From NCBI GenBank assembly GCA_963716855.1, contig CAVQUV010000010.1, positions 13,449-77,448 of the forward strand: a stretch of 64,000 nt of DNA. Direction: 5' to 3'. Position 1 is the stretch's first letter, and each line of letters begins with the position of its first letter. The translations under genes and the position numbers were made by a program. The DNA is from an uncultured beta proteobacterium (GTDB taxonomy: Bacteria; Pseudomonadota; Gammaproteobacteria; Burkholderiales; SG8-39). Below are positions 11,869 through 24,795 of the stretch, piece after piece. The notes beneath the pieces were generated by a model, which was given only the letters and a program-made list of their open reading frames with translations, searched no databases and had not been told where the DNA came from.

Positions 11869-13051
11869 GAGCGTCGCTCAGGTTTTCGGTCTTGTTGGTG
11901 CTGATCCGGGAAGTGTCCTTCGAGGCAGCCACCTCGATCAGGGTCTGGCGCAACTCGCCCAGTCCCGCGCCCGTGCGGGCGCTCAATCGGACGCGGCGGA
12001 TGTTACCACAGTCGTCCCGGTCCACCCCCGCGGAAACGCCGTTGAGATCGATCTTGTTCATGACGAGAATCTGCGGAACCGCCGCGGCGCCGATCTCGGC
12101 CAGCACCTTGTTCACCTCCTCCACTTGCCGGTCGCGCGTCGGGCTCGCCGCGTCGACCACGTGCAGGAGGAGGTCGGCGTGAATCGTCTCCTCGAGGGTC
12201 GCCCGGAACGCGGCAACCAGCGTATGCGGGAGGGCGCGGATGAACCCTACCGTGTCGGAGACGGTGATCCGCCCCACCTCGGGCAAGTAGAGCCGTCGGG
12301 TCGTCGTGTCGAGCGTCGCGAACAGCTGGTCGGCCGCGTACGCACCGGCGTGCGTGAGCGCGTTGAAGAGCGTGGACTTGCCGGCATTCGTGTAGCCGAC
12401 GAGCGACACGGACATCACGTCGCCGCGCACGCGTGCGCGTCGCTGCACGTCGCGCTGCCGTTGCAGCTTCACCAGCCGCTCCTTCAGCAGCTTGACCCGC
12501 TGGCCGAGCAGCCGCCGGTCGGTCTCGAGCTGCGTCTCGCCCGGGCCGCGCAGGCCGATGCCGCCCTTCTGGCGCTCGAGGTGGGTCCAGCCGCGCACCA
12601 GGCGCGTCGCGAGGTGCTGGAGCTGCGCGAGCTCGACCTGCACCTTGCCCTCGTGCGAGCTCGCGCGCTGCGCGAAGATGTCGAGGATGAGGCTCGTTCG
12701 GTCGACGACGCGGCATTCGAGCCGGCGCTCGAGGTTGCGCTGCTGCGCGGGCGAGAGCTCGTGGTCGAAGATGACGACGCGCGCGCCGGCGTCCGCGCAC
12801 GCCTGCGCAACCTGGTCGACTTTGCCCGATCCGGCGAACAGGGCGGGGTCGGGACGCGCGCGTCGACCCTCGACGACCGCGCGCACGTCCACCCCGGCGC
12901 TCGAGGCGAGGAGGCGCAGCTCGGCGAGACTGTCCGCGTGATCGTTGGAGCCGAAGTCCAGTGCAACGAGGACGGCGCCCTCGGCCGCGCGGGCCGCGCC
13001 GTTGAGGTGCTTGGGGCGTCCGGTTGACTCGCCGGACGCCACTACCGCCAT
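11858..13051 (-). CDS. hflX: GTPase HflX
   Basis: RGPGETQLETDRR, GYTNAGKS, DTVGF, NKID. Confidence 0.96.
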   Translation of the reverse strand: MAVVASGESTGRPKHLNGAARAAEGAVLVALDFGSNDHADSLAELRLLASSAGVDVRAVVEGRRARPDPALFAGSGKVDQVAQACADAGARVVIFDHELSPAQQRNLERRLECRVVDRTSLILDIFAQRASSHEGKVQVELAQLQHLATRLVRGWTHLERQKGGIGLRGPGETQLETDRRLLGQRVKLLKERLVKLQRQRDVQRRARVRGDVMSVSLVGYTNAGKSTLFNALTHAGAYAADQLFATLDTTTRRLYLPEVGRITVSDTVGFIRALPHTLVAAFRATLEETIHADLLLHVVDAASPTRDRQVEEVNKVLAEIGAAAVPQILVMNKIDLNGVSAGVDRDDCGNIRRVRLSARTGAGLGELRQTLIEVAASKDTSRISTNKTENLSDAHVT

Positions 13052-13055
13052 CGCA

Positions 13056-13295
13056 TCAGTTGTCGCCGCCGTGGTCGATGCTGAGGTTGACCGGGCGCGA
13101 CGGGACGACAGTGGAGATGGCGTGCTTGTACACCATCTGGGTGACGGTGTTCTTGAGCAACACGACGTATTGGTCGAACGATTCGATTTGCCCCTGGAGC
13201 TTGATTCCGTTCACGAGGTAGATGGAAACCGGAATGTGCTCCTTGCGCAGCGTGTTCAGAAACGGGTCTTGTAGCAGTTGCCCTTTGTTGCTCAT
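13056..13295 (-). CDS. hfq: RNA chaperone Hfq
   Basis: [29 protein letters not shown]. Confidence 0.98.
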   Translation of the reverse strand: MSNKGQLLQDPFLNTLRKEHIPVSIYLVNGIKLQGQIESFDQYVVLLKNTVTQMVYKHAISTVVPSRPVNLSIDHGGDN

Positions 13296-13392
13296 GGTCG
13301 CTCCGGCGGCTACTTATTGAGCGGCTACTTTAACCGGTTTCCCCTATCCGTGCCATCGCCCGGGCGCACCTGGCGCGGCGATCCCGCGCGGG

Positions 13393-14727
13393 CTATGCCC
13401 TCTGTCGCACATAGGGGTTCCGTCCGGTCTTGAACTCGATGCGCATCGGTGTCCCGACGAGGCCGAAGGCCTTGCGAAAGACGCCCTCCAGGTAGCGGCG
13501 ATAGCTCGCCGGCACCGAGGAAAGCGCGGTTCCGTGCACCACGATGATCGGTGGATTCACCCCGCCCTGGTGCGCATACCGCAGCTTCGGCCGCACCAGC
13601 CCGGCGCGGGGCGGCGATTGGCGCGCGACCGCGTCGATGAGGGCGCGCGTGACCTTCGGCGTCGGGAGTCGCGCCGTCGCGGCCCGGTAGGCCTCGTCCA
13701 CCGACGCCAGCACGCGGCCGAGCCCCTCCCCGCGCAACGCCGACACGAAGTGCATGCGCGCGAAGCTGAGGAACTCGAGCTTGCGCTCGAGGGTGCGGCG
13801 CGCGTTCTCGCGGTCGTACTCGACGAGACCGTCCCATTTGTTCGCTGCGACCACGATCGCGCGCCCGCGCTCCAGTACATATCCGGCGAGGTGTGCGTCC
13901 TGCTCCGACACGCCTTCGGCCGCGTCGACCACCAGCACGACGACGTTGGCCCGGTCGATGGCTTGCAGCGTCTTCACGACCGAGAACTTCTCGACCGCCT
14001 CGAACACGCGTCCTTTGCGGCGGACGCCCGCGGTGTCGACGAGGACATAGCGCCGCCCCGCGCGCTCGAACGGCACCTCGATCGCGTCGCGCGTCGTGCC
14101 GGGCTCGTCATAGACGATCATCCGGTCCTCGCCGAGGAGGCGGTTCACGAGCGTCGACTTGCCCACGTTCGGCCGGCCCACCACGGCGATGCGCGGCGCA
14201 TCGTCCGCGCCGGGCGGCTCGGGCGCCGCGTCCGGCGGGAACTCCGCGAGCACCTCGTCCATCAGCGCGCGCACGCCCTCGCCATGGGCGGCCGCGATCG
14301 CGTGCGGCGCGCCCAGGGCGAGCTCGTGGAATTCGGCGGTCACGATCGCTGGATCCATGCCCTCGGTCTTGTTGACCGCGACCCACACGCGCGCCCGGAG
14401 CCGGCGCAGCTCCTCGCCGATGCGCCGGTCCTGCGGCGCAAGCCCATCGCGACCGTCGACGAGGAAGATCACCGCATCGGCCTCGGCGAGCGCGCTGGAG
14501 GTCTGCTTCGCCATCGCGCCGAGGATCCCCTCCTTGGCCACCGGCTCGAGGCCGCCGGTGTCGACCACGAAGTACGGGCGATCGCCCATCAGGCCGTCGC
14601 CGTAGTGGCGGTCGCGCGTGAGGCCCGGCAGGTCGGCGACGAGCGCGTCGCGGCTGCGCGTGAGCCGGTTGAACAGCGTCGACTTGCCGACGTTGGGGCG
14701 GCCGACGAGGACGATCGTGGGCTTCAT
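13393..14727 (-). CDS. der: Ribosome biogenesis GTPase Der
   Basis: Two GRPNVGKS G-domains and a KH-like C-terminus. Confidence 0.97.
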   Translation of the reverse strand: MKPTIVLVGRPNVGKSTLFNRLTRSRDALVADLPGLTRDRHYGDGLMGDRPYFVVDTGGLEPVAKEGILGAMAKQTSSALAEADAVIFLVDGRDGLAPQDRRIGEELRRLRARVWVAVNKTEGMDPAIVTAEFHELALGAPHAIAAAHGEGVRALMDEVLAEFPPDAAPEPPGADDAPRIAVVGRPNVGKSTLVNRLLGEDRMIVYDEPGTTRDAIEVPFERAGRRYVLVDTAGVRRKGRVFEAVEKFSVVKTLQAIDRANVVVLVVDAAEGVSEQDAHLAGYVLERGRAIVVAANKWDGLVEYDRENARRTLERKLEFLSFARMHFVSALRGEGLGRVLASVDEAYRAATARLPTPKVTRALIDAVARQSPPRAGLVRPKLRYAHQGGVNPPIIVVHGTALSSVPASYRRYLEGVFRKAFGLVGTPMRIEFKTGRNPYVRQRA

Positions 14728-14742
14728 GGAGTGCGCGCGGCG

Positions 14743-15900
14743 CTACCGCGTCGCGATCGCGTACAGGTTTCCGCCGCTCGTCTGCACGAGGAAGCCGCTG
14801 CCGAGCGCGACGGGCACGCTGCGGATCGCCGTGCCGTCGGTCGCAAGGCGTCCGACGAATGCGCCGGTGTCGCGACCCAGGAAGTGCACCTGTCCCTCGA
14901 GATCGCCGAACGCCACCTCGGCGGCGACCGAAAGGGGCGCGCTCAGGCGGCGGTTGGCGAGCTTGTCCTGCCGCCAGAAGCTCCGACCGGTGGTGCGCTC
15001 GAATGCCGCGACGGCGCCGCGGTCCTCGCTGACGTAGACCGAGCGCGCGTCGACCCCCAGCCCGGCGCTCGACGAAATCTCGCGCGCCCAGATCTGGTTG
15101 CCATTGCCTAGATCGAAGCACGCGACCCGCCCCTGGTACGCGACCGCGCACGCCTCGCGCTCGCCGACCCAGGGCACCCCGACCACGTCGCTCACGCGCT
15201 CGAGCTCGGTGGTGCCCTTGGGCAGCGACACCGTCCCCTCCCAGCGCAGCCCACCGTTCGTCAGTGCCACCGCGACGAGCTTGCCCCCCGAGAACCCCGC
15301 GAACACGAATCCGCCCTCTACGACCGCGCCCACCGGGCTGCGCACCGCGAGCGCCGGCGCCGCACGCTGGAACACCCAGCGCCGCCGGCCATCGCGCGCG
15401 TCGAGCGCGAAGAGCCGGCTATCGGCGCTGCGCACGACCACCAGGTCGCCGGCGACTACCGGCGCGGAGAGCACCTCGCTCGACACTCGTGCTCGCCACA
15501 GCGTGGCCCCGTCGGAATCGAGCGCGATCACCTCGCCCTCGGCCGAGCCGACGACGACCAGCTTGCCGTCGGCGCCGACGCCTCCCGACAGCTGCGCGGG
15601 TACGCGCACGCGCCACACTTGCCGCCCGCTCGCGGCGTCGAGCCGGACGACCGTGCCATCCGCGGCCGCGGCGAAGACGCTGCCGTCACTGACCGCGGGG
15701 GTGAAGGTCTCGAGCTCCGCCTTGCCCACCGACACCTGCCAGAGCACGCGCACCGGGATCGGGCTGGGGATCTGCACGAGAGGCGCCGGCGGCGGCGGCG
15801 CCGAGCGGCCGAACCAGTCGAGCGGGTTCAGGCTGAATCCGCTGCACCCTCCGAGCGCGGTCACGGCGACGACGACTGCGAACGGCCGGATCAGCGTCAT
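14743..15900 (-). CDS. bamB: Outer membrane assembly lipoprotein BamB
   Basis: Lipobox LGGC, PQQ-like repeats; between yfgM and der; start uncertain (15900 or 15969). Confidence 0.93.
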   Translation of the reverse strand: MTLIRPFAVVVAVTALGGCSGFSLNPLDWFGRSAPPPPAPLVQIPSPIPVRVLWQVSVGKAELETFTPAVSDGSVFAAAADGTVVRLDAASGRQVWRVRVPAQLSGGVGADGKLVVVGSAEGEVIALDSDGATLWRARVSSEVLSAPVVAGDLVVVRSADSRLFALDARDGRRRWVFQRAAPALAVRSPVGAVVEGGFVFAGFSGGKLVAVALTNGGLRWEGTVSLPKGTTELERVSDVVGVPWVGEREACAVAYQGRVACFDLGNGNQIWAREISSSAGLGVDARSVYVSEDRGAVAAFERTTGRSFWRQDKLANRRLSAPLSVAAEVAFGDLEGQVHFLGRDTGAFVGRLATDGTAIRSVPVALGSGFLVQTSGGNLYAIATR

Positions 15901-15949
15901 GCGCCCGACGGCCGCGCGAGCGGACCCGCCGCGTGCGCGCGGCCGCGGA

Positions 15950-16588
15950 TCACTTCGCACCGACGCCATCGAGCTTCAGCTGGATCAGTTCGCGCGCCGG
16001 TTCCTCGCCCCCGCCGAGCTTGGAAAGCGCGGCCTGGTACGCGGCGCGCGCCTCGGCCGGCTTGCCCTGCGCGTGGAGCACGTCGCCGCGGGCATCCTCG
16101 AACAGCGCCTCGAAGGACGCCGGAGGCTTGACCGCGAGCACCTTGAGCGCTTCGTCGTAGGTCTTCTCGTCGAGCAGGACGGCCGCGAGCCGGAGCCGCG
16201 CGAGCGCCTGCACCTCCGGGTCACGCCCCTTGTCGATCACCCACTGCAGCTGGACGCGCGCCGCCTTGAGGTCGCCCGCCTCGAAGTGGACCTTTGCCGA
16301 CACCAGCGCGCCCAGCGTCGCATAGAGCGACCCGGGATAGGACTCGAGCAGGGTACCCGCAAGCTCGCGCACCTTCTTCGCGTCGTTCGCGCCGGCTGCC
16401 CTCTGCAGCTCGGTGTAGACGGCCGCGGCCTGCGCCGACTGCGAGGTCTGATACCAGCCCCAGAACCGCCACGCCGCGATCAGCAGCAGCGCGGCCGAGA
16501 TCGCAATCACGATCAGGTTGCCGTACCGGTTCCAGAACGACTTGATCTCGGCGATCTGTTCCTGTTCTTCGAGGTCGTAGGCGGCCAT
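15950..16588 (-). CDS. yfgM: YfgM family TPR protein
   Basis: YDLEEQEQI..FW..YGN, single TM helix, TPR region. Confidence 0.92.
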   Translation of the reverse strand: MAAYDLEEQEQIAEIKSFWNRYGNLIVIAISAALLLIAAWRFWGWYQTSQSAQAAAVYTELQRAAGANDAKKVRELAGTLLESYPGSLYATLGALVSAKVHFEAGDLKAARVQLQWVIDKGRDPEVQALARLRLAAVLLDEKTYDEALKVLAVKPPASFEALFEDARGDVLHAQGKPAEARAAYQAALSKLGGGEEPARELIQLKLDGVGAK

Positions 16589-17869
16589 TTAGGTTTCGTC
16601 CGCGTAAAGGAGTTGAGAAAGGCTGTCCGGGAGCGCATCGAGCGCCAGCCGGATCTGCGCACGCTCGACGCGCAGGAGCTTCACGCTCGCCTCGCGGGCC
16701 GCAGCTTCGTCGTCGCCAACGATCACCGCCACCTGCGCGCCACTTGCGTCGGCCCGGCGCATCTGGGCCTTGAAGCTCCCGCCACCGCAGTGGTGGACGA
16801 CCGAGAAGCCGTGATCGCGCAGCCGCTCGGCGACGGTGAACGCGAACCGGTCGGCAGCCTCGCCCTGGTGCACGAGGTAGACGTCTTGCGCCTCGGCCGC
16901 CACGGGGCCGCCCGCCTCCTGCAGCAGCGCGATCAGGCGCTCGACCCCCATCGCGAAGCCGATCGCCGGGGCCGGCTTGCCGCCGACCTGGGCAAACAGC
17001 CCGTCGTAGCGTCCACCGCCGCACACCGTCCCCTGTGCGCCGAGGCGGTCGGTCACCCACTCGAATACGGTGAGGTTGTAGTAGTCGAGCCCGCGCACGA
17101 GGTGATGGTCGATGGAGAACGGCAGGCCCGCGTCCTTCAGGATGGCCTGCAGGCCGTCGAAGTGTTTTAGCGAAGTCTCGCCAAGGTGGTCGAGGAGTTT
17201 CGGCGCGTCCTCGATGATCGGCCGCATCGCGGCATTCTTGCTGTCGAGCACGCGCAGCGGGTTGGTGACCAGCCGGCGGCGCGAATCGGCGTCGAGGTCG
17301 GCTTCGTGCCGCTGGAGGTGCGCCACCAGCGCGTCGCGATGCGCGCGCCGCTCGTCGAGCGCGCCGAGCGAGTTGATCTGCAGCCGCACGCCCTCGAGGC
17401 CGAGGTCGTCCCAGAGACGCGCGCACATCAGGATGAGCTCGGCGTCCACGTCGGGCCCGGCGTAGCCGAGCGCCTCGGCGCCGACCTGGTGGAATTGCCG
17501 GTATCGACCCTTCTGCGGCCGTTCGTGCCGGAACATGGGGCCCATGTACCAGAGCCGCTGCGCCCCGGCGTGGAGCAGCGAGTGCTCGATGGCCGCGCGC
17601 ACCGTCGAGGCGGTCGCCTCCGGCCGGAGCGTGAGGCTCTCCCCGTTCAACTCGTCGACGAAGCTGTACATCTCCTTCTCGACGATATCGGTGGCCTCGC
17701 CGATCGCGCGCCGGAAGAGCGCGGTGTGCTCGAGCAGCGGCGTGCGGATGTTGCGGTAGCCGTAGGCGTGCGCCCACGAGCGCACGACTTCCTCGAAGCG
17801 CTCCCACAGCGCGGCCTCGTCCGGCAGGATGTCGTTCATCCCCCGGACCGCCTGGATGGTCTGGGTCAT
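16589..17869 (-). CDS. hisS: Histidine--tRNA ligase
   Basis: [38 protein letters not shown]. Confidence 0.97.
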   Translation of the reverse strand: MTQTIQAVRGMNDILPDEAALWERFEEVVRSWAHAYGYRNIRTPLLEHTALFRRAIGEATDIVEKEMYSFVDELNGESLTLRPEATASTVRAAIEHSLLHAGAQRLWYMGPMFRHERPQKGRYRQFHQVGAEALGYAGPDVDAELILMCARLWDDLGLEGVRLQINSLGALDERRAHRDALVAHLQRHEADLDADSRRRLVTNPLRVLDSKNAAMRPIIEDAPKLLDHLGETSLKHFDGLQAILKDAGLPFSIDHHLVRGLDYYNLTVFEWVTDRLGAQGTVCGGGRYDGLFAQVGGKPAPAIGFAMGVERLIALLQEAGGPVAAEAQDVYLVHQGEAADRFAFTVAERLRDHGFSVVHHCGGGSFKAQMRRADASGAQVAVIVGDDEAAAREASVKLLRVERAQIRLALDALPDSLSQLLYADET

Positions 17870-17886
17870 CTGCAAGGGCGGCCGCT

Positions 17887-19161
17887 CTACGCGACGGCCT
17901 TCTCTGGTTCGTTCGGGTCGGCCGCCGGCGCGCGCCGGCCCCGGCCGCTCGGGCCGTAGGTCGCGCGGACGTAGTCCTCCACGATGCCCTGGAACTCCTC
18001 GGCGATCGCATCGCCCTTCAGCGTGACCGTCTTCACGCCATCGACGTACACCGGCGCGACGGGTCGCTCGCCGGAGCCCGGAAGGCTGATTCCGATGTTG
18101 GCCTGCTTCGACTCGCCCGGGCCGTTCACGACGCATCCCATCACGGCGACGTGCATCTCCTCGACGCCCGGATAGGTCCCGCGCCAGACCGGCATCTGCG
18201 CGCGGAGGAAGCTCTGGATCTTGGCCGCGAGGGACTGGAATACGGTGCTCGTCGTGCGCCCGCAGCCGGGGCAGGCGATCACCAAAGGGGCGAACGAACG
18301 CAGGCCCATCGTCTGCAGCATCTCCTGCGCGACCACCACCTCGCGCGTACGGTCGCCGCCGGGCTCCGGAGTGAGCGATACGCGAATCGTGTCCCCGATG
18401 CCCTCCTGGAGCAGCACCGCCATCGCGGCGGTCGACGCCACGATGCCCTTGGAGCCCATCCCGGCCTCGGTCAGGCCCAGATGCAACGGGTAGTCGCAGC
18501 GGCGCGCGAGCTCCCGGTACACGGCAATCAGGTCCTGCACCCCGCTCACCTTGCACGAGAGCACGATCCGATCCCCGGCGAGGCCGAGCGCCTCGGCGCG
18601 CGCCGCGCTCTCCAGCGCCGACGCGATCAGCGCCTCGCGCATCACCGCGTCCGCTTCGAGCGGCGCGGAACGCTGCGCGTTCTCGTCCATCATCCGCGCC
18701 AGGAGGTCCTGGTCGAGGCTCCCCCAGTTGACGCCGATGCGCACCGGCTTGCCGTAGCGGCACGCGGCCTCGATCATCTGCGCGAACTGCTCGTCGCGCC
18801 GGGCGCCCTTGCCGACGTTGCCGGGGTTGATCCGGTACTTCGCGAGCGCCGCTGCGCAATCCGGGTGCTCGGCGAGCAGCTTGTGGCCATTGAAGTGGAA
18901 GTCGCCGACGAGGGGGACGGAGCAGCCCATCGCGTCGAGACGCGCGCGGATCGCCGGCACGGCGACCGCCGCCTCCGCCGTGTTCACGGTGACTCTCACG
19001 ACTTCCGACCCGGCACCCGCGAGTTCGAAGACCTGTTGGACCGTGGCGTCCGCATCAGCGGTGTCGGTGTTGGTCATCGACTGGACCATGATCGGCGCGT
19101 CGCCCCCGAGCAGGACATCGCCGATCCGGACCTGGCGCGAGGCGCGGCGCTTCACCAGCAT
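17887..19161 (-). CDS. ispG: HMBPP synthase
   Basis: [32 protein letters not shown]. Confidence 0.97.
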   Translation of the reverse strand: MLVKRRASRQVRIGDVLLGGDAPIMVQSMTNTDTADADATVQQVFELAGAGSEVVRVTVNTAEAAVAVPAIRARLDAMGCSVPLVGDFHFNGHKLLAEHPDCAAALAKYRINPGNVGKGARRDEQFAQMIEAACRYGKPVRIGVNWGSLDQDLLARMMDENAQRSAPLEADAVMREALIASALESAARAEALGLAGDRIVLSCKVSGVQDLIAVYRELARRCDYPLHLGLTEAGMGSKGIVASTAAMAVLLQEGIGDTIRVSLTPEPGGDRTREVVVAQEMLQTMGLRSFAPLVIACPGCGRTTSTVFQSLAAKIQSFLRAQMPVWRGTYPGVEEMHVAVMGCVVNGPGESKQANIGISLPGSGERPVAPVYVDGVKTVTLKGDAIAEEFQGIVEDYVRATYGPSGRGRRAPAADPNEPEKAVA

Positions 19162-19171
19162 GGGCCCCGCC

Positions 19172-19990
19172 TCACTCGAGCTTGAGCCGCGCGACGTCGG
19201 TGCGCGTGAACGGCATCAGGTCGACGTCGGACTCGTTGTAGCGCAACCGCACCCCGTGGGCGTTGCCGATCACGATCGAGAACGGCGCGACACCCTCGAC
19301 CTCGCGCCGCGTGCCCGGAGGGTTGAGCTGCGAGAACACGATGCGACCCTCGGCATCGCGGATCTCGACCCAGGACTCACGGTTGAAGGCGAGCTCGATG
19401 CGCTTTGCCGTCAGCACGGTCTCGACCGGCCGCGACGTCGGGGTCGGCGCGGCGATCGCCGCCGGCTCCGTTGCGGAGGCAGCGGGCGCCGGGGCGACCA
19501 GCGGAGTGACCACCTCGCGCTGGACGGTCGCGGTCGGCGCCGTCGGCCTCGCGGCGGCGAACTTCGGCGGCTCGGTCGGCCGCAGCAGCCATTCGACCAG
19601 CACGCCGCCGACAGCCACGATCACAACCACTGAGAGCACGACGTAGACGAGCGAACCGCGGCGCGTCTGGCGCGGGATCGTCACGCCCGTTCCGCGCGGG
19701 CCGGTGACGGTCGGACCTGCCGCGGTCAGCGGGGAGGCGCGCAGCTGTGCGACCAGGGCGTCGGCGTCCGCGCCGACGAGCTTCGCGTAGGCGCGAATCA
19801 TCCCGCGCACGAATGCCGGACCGGCGAGGGCATCGTAACGGTCCGCCTCGAGCGTCTCGATCTGTTTCGGCGAGAATTTGAGGCGTAGCGCGATCTCGGT
19901 CACGGTCAGTCCGCGCGCGACGCGCGCGGCGGCGAGCTGCCGCCCGGGCGTGCGCGGTTCGGGAGTCTCTGGATTTGTGGTCTCGTTCAC
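19172..19990 (-). CDS. rodZ: Cytoskeleton protein RodZ (HTH + DUF4115)
   Basis: N-terminal HTH ([12 protein letters not shown]), TM helix, SWVEIRD..IGNA; GTG start with GGAGG SD. Confidence 0.9.
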   Translation of the reverse strand: MNETTNPETPEPRTPGRQLAAARVARGLTVTEIALRLKFSPKQIETLEADRYDALAGPAFVRGMIRAYAKLVGADADALVAQLRASPLTAAGPTVTGPRGTGVTIPRQTRRGSLVYVVLSVVVIVAVGGVLVEWLLRPTEPPKFAAARPTAPTATVQREVVTPLVAPAPAASATEPAAIAAPTPTSRPVETVLTAKRIELAFNRESWVEIRDAEGRIVFSQLNPPGTRREVEGVAPFSIVIGNAHGVRLRYNESDVDLMPFTRTDVARLKLE

Positions 19991-20001
19991 TGGAGCCTCC
20001 C

Positions 20002-20829
20002 TCACTCGTAGTCGCCGCGCTGCATCGCCTGATACTCGGTGGATCCGGCGTAGCGGCGTCGCAGCTGGTTCGCGAGGGTCGCCTCCGCGAGCCGGTCGCC
20101 GAGCTTGCGCTCGATGCGGACCGCCAGCCACAGCGACTCGGGCGTGCCGTCCGGCACGAGCCGGTTGAAACGCGTCACGAGGACTTTCGCCTCCGGCAGC
20201 TGCCCGCGCCGATACAGCAGCTCCGCATACGGCAGCAGCGCCTGCAGGCTGTTCGGATCGAGCCGCAGCGCGCGGTCGAAATACGTTGCAGCTTCGGTCG
20301 GATTGCGTTTGGTCAGGCACCGGCCGGCCGCGGCGAACGACTTCGCCGGCGACTGGTAGAGCGGGTTCCGGATCGCGTTCAGGAACCACTGGATCGATTG
20401 CTCGTCGCGCCCGGTCTGGCAGAGGAACCAGCCATAGTTGTGGTTGAGGTCCGGATCCTGCGGGGCGAGTTGCAGCCCGCGCCGGAAGTTCGCTTCGGCC
20501 GCGGCGTTGTCCTTCAGTTCCATGTTCACCAGGCCGAGGACGTTGTATGCCGGTGCGTAGTTCGCATCGGCCTGGATCGCGATGCGCGCCTCCTCGAGCG
20601 CGACGCCGAGGTTCCCGAGTTCGTAATAGGCGCTGGCAAGATCGGCATGCGCCTTCGCGCGGGTGCGCGCATCGCGCATCTCGGCAACCACGCCGGTATC
20701 CGGGTCGGGGCTCGGAAGATCGCGATCCGACCGGGGCGTCGGCCCGCCCCCGTTGGTTGAGGCGCAACCGGCGATCAGCGCCGCCAGCAGCAGCGCGCCG
20801 AGCCCGCCCCGATGTCTGGCCCAGCTCAT
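20002..20829 (-). CDS. pilW: Type IV pilus biogenesis lipoprotein PilW/PilF
   Basis: Lipobox IAGC, TPR with NHNYGWFLC; between rlmN and rodZ. Confidence 0.92.
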   Translation of the reverse strand: MSWARHRGGLGALLLAALIAGCASTNGGGPTPRSDRDLPSPDPDTGVVAEMRDARTRAKAHADLASAYYELGNLGVALEEARIAIQADANYAPAYNVLGLVNMELKDNAAAEANFRRGLQLAPQDPDLNHNYGWFLCQTGRDEQSIQWFLNAIRNPLYQSPAKSFAAAGRCLTKRNPTEAATYFDRALRLDPNSLQALLPYAELLYRRGQLPEAKVLVTRFNRLVPDGTPESLWLAVRIERKLGDRLAEATLANQLRRRYAGSTEYQAMQRGDYE

Positions 20830-21905
20830 TCCACCCTCGCGAGTCGCGGTGCACGCCGTGTCCGGTCGCGCACCTGGCCGGCGAGCTGTCCGCACGCGGC
20901 AGCGATGTCGTCCCCGCGGGTCTTGCGCGTAGTCGTCACGATGCCCGCCGAGTTGAGAATCTCCGAGAAACGCCGCACCCTCTCGCGCGGCGAGCGCCCG
21001 AAACCCGAGTCCGGGAACGGGTTGAAGGGGATCAGGTTGATCTTGCAAGGCACTGCCGCGACGCGACGCGCCAGCTCGCGCGCCTGCGCATCGGAGTCGT
21101 TCACGCCGTCCAGCATTACGTACTCGAACGTCACGAAGTCGCGCGGTGCCTTCTCCAGGTAGCGTCGGCACGCCGCGAACAGCGTCGCAAGCGGGTATTT
21201 CTCGTTGATCGGAATCAACCGGCTGCGCAGCGCGTCGTTCGGCGCGTGCAGGCTCACCGCGAGCGCCACCGGGCACTCGTCCCGCAGCCGATCCATCATC
21301 GGCACGATTCCGACCGTCGATACGGTCACGCGCCGCCGCGAGAGCCCATAGGCATTGTCGTCGAGCATGAGCCGCAGCGCCGGAAGCACGTTCTCGAGAT
21401 TGAGGAGCGGCTCGCCCATGCCCATCAGCACCACGTTGCTGATCGCCCGCTCCGTACCGTGCACCGCGCCCAGGGCGCGGTTGGCCCACCAGAGCTGGCC
21501 GACGATCTCCGCGGTGGTGAGGTTGCGATTGAAGCCCTGGCGGCCGGTCGAGCAGAATCGGCACGCCATCGTGCAGCCCGCCTGGCTCGAGACGCAGAGC
21601 GTGCCTCGGCTCTCCTCCGGGATGAAGACGGTCTCCACCGCATTTGCGGCGCCGAGATCGAGCAGCCACTTGCGCGTGCCGTCCGCCGCGACGCTGTCGC
21701 GGAGCATGCGCGGGGGCACGACTTCGGCCGTCTCGGCGAGACGCTGCCGGAGGCTGCCCGCGAGGTCGCTCATGCGCTCGAACTCCGACTCGCCCGCGCG
21801 ATGCACCCAACGCAGCACCTGGCGCGCACGGAAGGGCTTCTCGCCGATCGCGGCGCAGAACCCCGCCATGCCGGCGGCGTCGAACTCGAGCAGGTTGGCC
21901 TTCAT
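20826..21905 (-). CDS. rlmN: Dual-specificity RNA methyltransferase RlmN
   Basis: CxxxCxxC radical SAM motif, [16 protein letters not shown]. Confidence 0.97.
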   Translation of the reverse strand: MKANLLEFDAAGMAGFCAAIGEKPFRARQVLRWVHRAGESEFERMSDLAGSLRQRLAETAEVVPPRMLRDSVAADGTRKWLLDLGAANAVETVFIPEESRGTLCVSSQAGCTMACRFCSTGRQGFNRNLTTAEIVGQLWWANRALGAVHGTERAISNVVLMGMGEPLLNLENVLPALRLMLDDNAYGLSRRRVTVSTVGIVPMMDRLRDECPVALAVSLHAPNDALRSRLIPINEKYPLATLFAACRRYLEKAPRDFVTFEYVMLDGVNDSDAQARELARRVAAVPCKINLIPFNPFPDSGFGRSPRERVRRFSEILNSAGIVTTTRKTRGDDIAAACGQLAGQVRDRTRRAPRLARVE

Positions 21906-21919
21906 CCGCGGCGCCAGCG

Positions 21920-22345
21920 TCAGCGCGAGAACAGCTCGCGTGCCGGGAAGAAGAACGCGATCTCCGCGCGCGCGGTGTCCGGGCCGTCCGATCCGTGGAC
22001 CGCGTTCGCGTCGATCGACTCGGCGAAGTCCGCGCGGATCGTTCCCTGCGCGGCCTTCTTCGGGTCGGTGGCGCCCATCAGTTCGCGGTTTTTCGCGATC
22101 GCATTCTCCCCTTCGAGCACCTGGACGATCACCGGTCCGGAGGTCATGAACTTGACCAGATCGCGGAAGAAGGGGCGCTCGCGGTGCACCGCGTAGAAGC
22201 CCTCGGCGTCGTGCTGCGAGAGCCACATCATGCGCGCGGCGATGATCTTCAGGCCGGCGGCCTCGAAGCGCGCGTAGATCTGCCCGATCGCGTTTTTCGC
22301 GACTCCGTCGGGCTTGACGATCGATAGGGTCCGTTCCACCGCCAT
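21920..22345 (-). CDS. ndk: Nucleoside diphosphate kinase
   Basis: [17 protein letters not shown]. Confidence 0.98.
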   Translation of the reverse strand: MAVERTLSIVKPDGVAKNAIGQIYARFEAAGLKIIAARMMWLSQHDAEGFYAVHRERPFFRDLVKFMTSGPVIVQVLEGENAIAKNRELMGATDPKKAAQGTIRADFAESIDANAVHGSDGPDTARAEIAFFFPARELFSR

Positions 22346-22386
22346 GCTCGCTCCCTTGCCGTTTTCTTGGATGTCGAAGTAACCCG

Positions 22387-23811
22387 TTATTTTATCACCG
22401 GTTTCGATCTGAGCCGCGGGTTTGCCGCAGTTTCGCGCTGGTGTTTCGCGTCTGAGCGCTCCCAGACAGGCTCGAACCCAGCCTCGCCCGGACCGGCGCG
22501 CAGCGCCGCAGCGACCCCGATCCCCGCTACCCACGCCAGCTCTCCGCCGCAATAGAGCAACGGCAGCCGCTCGCGGTCCCATGGGGGGACGCCGCTCTCC
22601 TGGAGGAGCGCTTTCAGCGCGCGTCGCGGACGGCGCGTGTCGATGCGGAGCCGCTCACCGCCGCGGCGCAGGCGGACCTCCAGCCGGCCGGGCCGGACCG
22701 CGGCGACCGCGAGCCCGCGCCCCGTCGTCCGCCTGAGATGGAGGACCCCGCCGAGCTCGGGGATCCCCCACGTTCGTCCGCCGGGCCACCGCACGCGGAA
22801 TCCGGCGGGCACGTCGGGCCTCCGTCGGACCACGCATACATTCCCGCGGAAACGCCGGATCTCCACCTCCCCCACCATGACCCGGACCGCGGCGTCGGCC
22901 TTGGCCTCGAGCAACTGGCGCAAGGCCTCTTCGAGCCGCGCGCTGTCCGGTGCGGCGACCCCGACCCGCATCAGGATCAGGCGGAGCGCGTTCTTCGCGC
23001 GTGCCTTCGGCAGCGCGGCCAGCGCCGACATCGCGAGCTGTCCATCGACCGTCGCGGCGGACGTGTCGTCCGCCGCGACGGCCAGCACGACCTCGTTCGC
23101 CTCCGCCATCAGTGCGGCGCTCCGCGCCAGGTTCGCGCTTGCCCGCGGGTTGATCTCCCGCAGCAGGGGCAGGATCCGGTGCCGCACGAGGTTGCGCGCC
23201 CGGTCGGTGTCGGCGTTGCTCTCGTCCTCGACCCAAGACAGCCCCCGGGACCGCGCGAAGGCCTCGAGCTCGGCGCGCGTGACGCCCAGCAGGGGGCGAA
23301 AAAGCATCGGCGGCGCGCGCCGTCCGCGACCGGACTGCGCCCGCAGCGCCGGCATCCCCGCCAACCCCGCGGGCCCGGCACCGCGCACGAGCTGGAGCAG
23401 CACGGTCTCGGCTTGATCGTCCTCATGCTGCGCGAGGGCGACGAAGTCCGCGCGCAGCGCGGCGAAGTGCGCGTAGCGGGCCGCGCGGGCCGCACCTTCG
23501 AGGCCGAGCGCGCGATGCGGCGCCAGGTCCGCCTTCTTCACCGCGCAGCGCAGCCCGTACCGCCGTGCCGCGGCCCGGGCGAACCGGGCCCACTTCGCCG
23601 CGTTCGGGCTGATGCCGTGATCGACGTGCAGGCAGTCGAACGCGAGGGGGTGACGCGGCGCGAGCGCCGCGAGAAGCTCGAGCAGCGCGATCGAGTCGAC
23701 GCCGCCCGACAGGGCGAGCGTCAGGCGCGCGCCGCGCGGGACGTGCCGGACAAGCTCCGAGCCGACGCGCTCGAGGAGGTCACTTGACCGTCGCTTCCTT
23801 GAACTTGCCAT
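22387..23811 (-). CDS. tilS: tRNA(Ile)-lysidine synthetase
   Basis: SGGVDS PP-loop, [22 protein letters not shown]. Confidence 0.95.
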   Translation of the reverse strand: MASSRKRRSSDLLERVGSELVRHVPRGARLTLALSGGVDSIALLELLAALAPRHPLAFDCLHVDHGISPNAAKWARFARAAARRYGLRCAVKKADLAPHRALGLEGAARAARYAHFAALRADFVALAQHEDDQAETVLLQLVRGAGPAGLAGMPALRAQSGRGRRAPPMLFRPLLGVTRAELEAFARSRGLSWVEDESNADTDRARNLVRHRILPLLREINPRASANLARSAALMAEANEVVLAVAADDTSAATVDGQLAMSALAALPKARAKNALRLILMRVGVAAPDSARLEEALRQLLEAKADAAVRVMVGEVEIRRFRGNVCVVRRRPDVPAGFRVRWPGGRTWGIPELGGVLHLRRTTGRGLAVAAVRPGRLEVRLRRGGERLRIDTRRPRRALKALLQESGVPPWDRERLPLLYCGGELAWVAGIGVAAALRAGPGEAGFEPVWERSDAKHQRETAANPRLRSKPVIK

Positions 23812-24763
23812 GACCCATCAGCCGCTCGAAACGCGCTTCGACGAGCTCCGACGGGCTCTTGTCCGCGAGGCCGCGAAGCGCGTCCTGCAGCGCCTTCTTC
23901 AGGTTCTGTGCCGCAGCCGCGTGGTCGCGGTGCGCGCCGCCCAGAGGTTCGTTGATGATCTTGTCGACGAGCCCGAGTTGCTTCAGGCGGGCGGACGTGA
24001 TGCCGAGCGTCTCGGCCGCCTCGGGCGCCATTTCGGCGTTCTTCCAGAGGATCGATGCACAGCCTTCGGGCGAGATTACCGAGTAGGTCCCGTACTGCAG
24101 CATCATCACGACGTCGCCGACGGCGATCGCAAGCGCGCCGCCCGAGCCGCCCTCGCCGATGATGGTGGAGACGATCGGCACCTTCAGCTCCGACATGACG
24201 TAGATGCTGCGCCCGATCGCCTCCGACTGTCCGCGCTCCTCCGCACCGATTCCGGGGTACGCCCCGGGCGTGTCGATGAAGGTCAGCACCGGCAGTCCGA
24301 ACTTCTCCGCAAGCCGCATGAGACGCATCGCCTTGCGGTAGCCCTCCGGCCGCGGCATGCCGAAGTTGCGATGGATCTTCTCCTTGGTGTCGCGGCCCTT
24401 CTGGTGCCCGAACACCATCACCGGCTGGCCATTGAAGCGCGCGAGCCCCCCGACGATCGACGCGTCGTCGGCGAACGCACGGTCGCCGTGCAGCTCCTCG
24501 AAATCGGTGAAGAGCGCGTTGACGTAGTCGAGCGTGTAGGGCCGCTGCGGATGCCGGGCGACCTGCGCCACCTGCCACGGCGAGAGCTTCCCGTAGATCT
24601 CCTTGGTGAGCGCCTGGCTCTTCTTCTGCAGCCGCGAGATCTCCTCGGAGATGTCGACCGCGGAGTCGTCCTGCACGTAGCGCAGCTCGTCGATGCGCGC
24701 CTCGAGCTCCGCGATCGGCTGCTCGAAATCGAGGAAGGTGGACTTCAGGGCGGGCGGCGCCAT
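23780..24763 (-). CDS. accA: Acetyl-CoA carboxylase carboxyltransferase alpha
   Basis: [33 protein letters not shown]. Confidence 0.97.
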   Translation of the reverse strand: MAPPALKSTFLDFEQPIAELEARIDELRYVQDDSAVDISEEISRLQKKSQALTKEIYGKLSPWQVAQVARHPQRPYTLDYVNALFTDFEELHGDRAFADDASIVGGLARFNGQPVMVFGHQKGRDTKEKIHRNFGMPRPEGYRKAMRLMRLAEKFGLPVLTFIDTPGAYPGIGAEERGQSEAIGRSIYVMSELKVPIVSTIIGEGGSGGALAIAVGDVVMMLQYGTYSVISPEGCASILWKNAEMAPEAAETLGITSARLKQLGLVDKIINEPLGGAHRDHAAAAQNLKKALQDALRGLADKSPSELVEARFERLMGHGKFKEATVK

Positions 24764-24795
24764 GGGACCGGGATTCTACTGCACGCGCCGGCCGC

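Noticed and set aside
16589-18859. Long N-terminal extensions on hisS, rlmB, rplI, rodZ, pilW, rlmN, ndk and hydantoinase B in the ORF track
   Set aside because: Stop-poor upstream frames overlapping neighbours; starts reassigned by family N-termini and SD position
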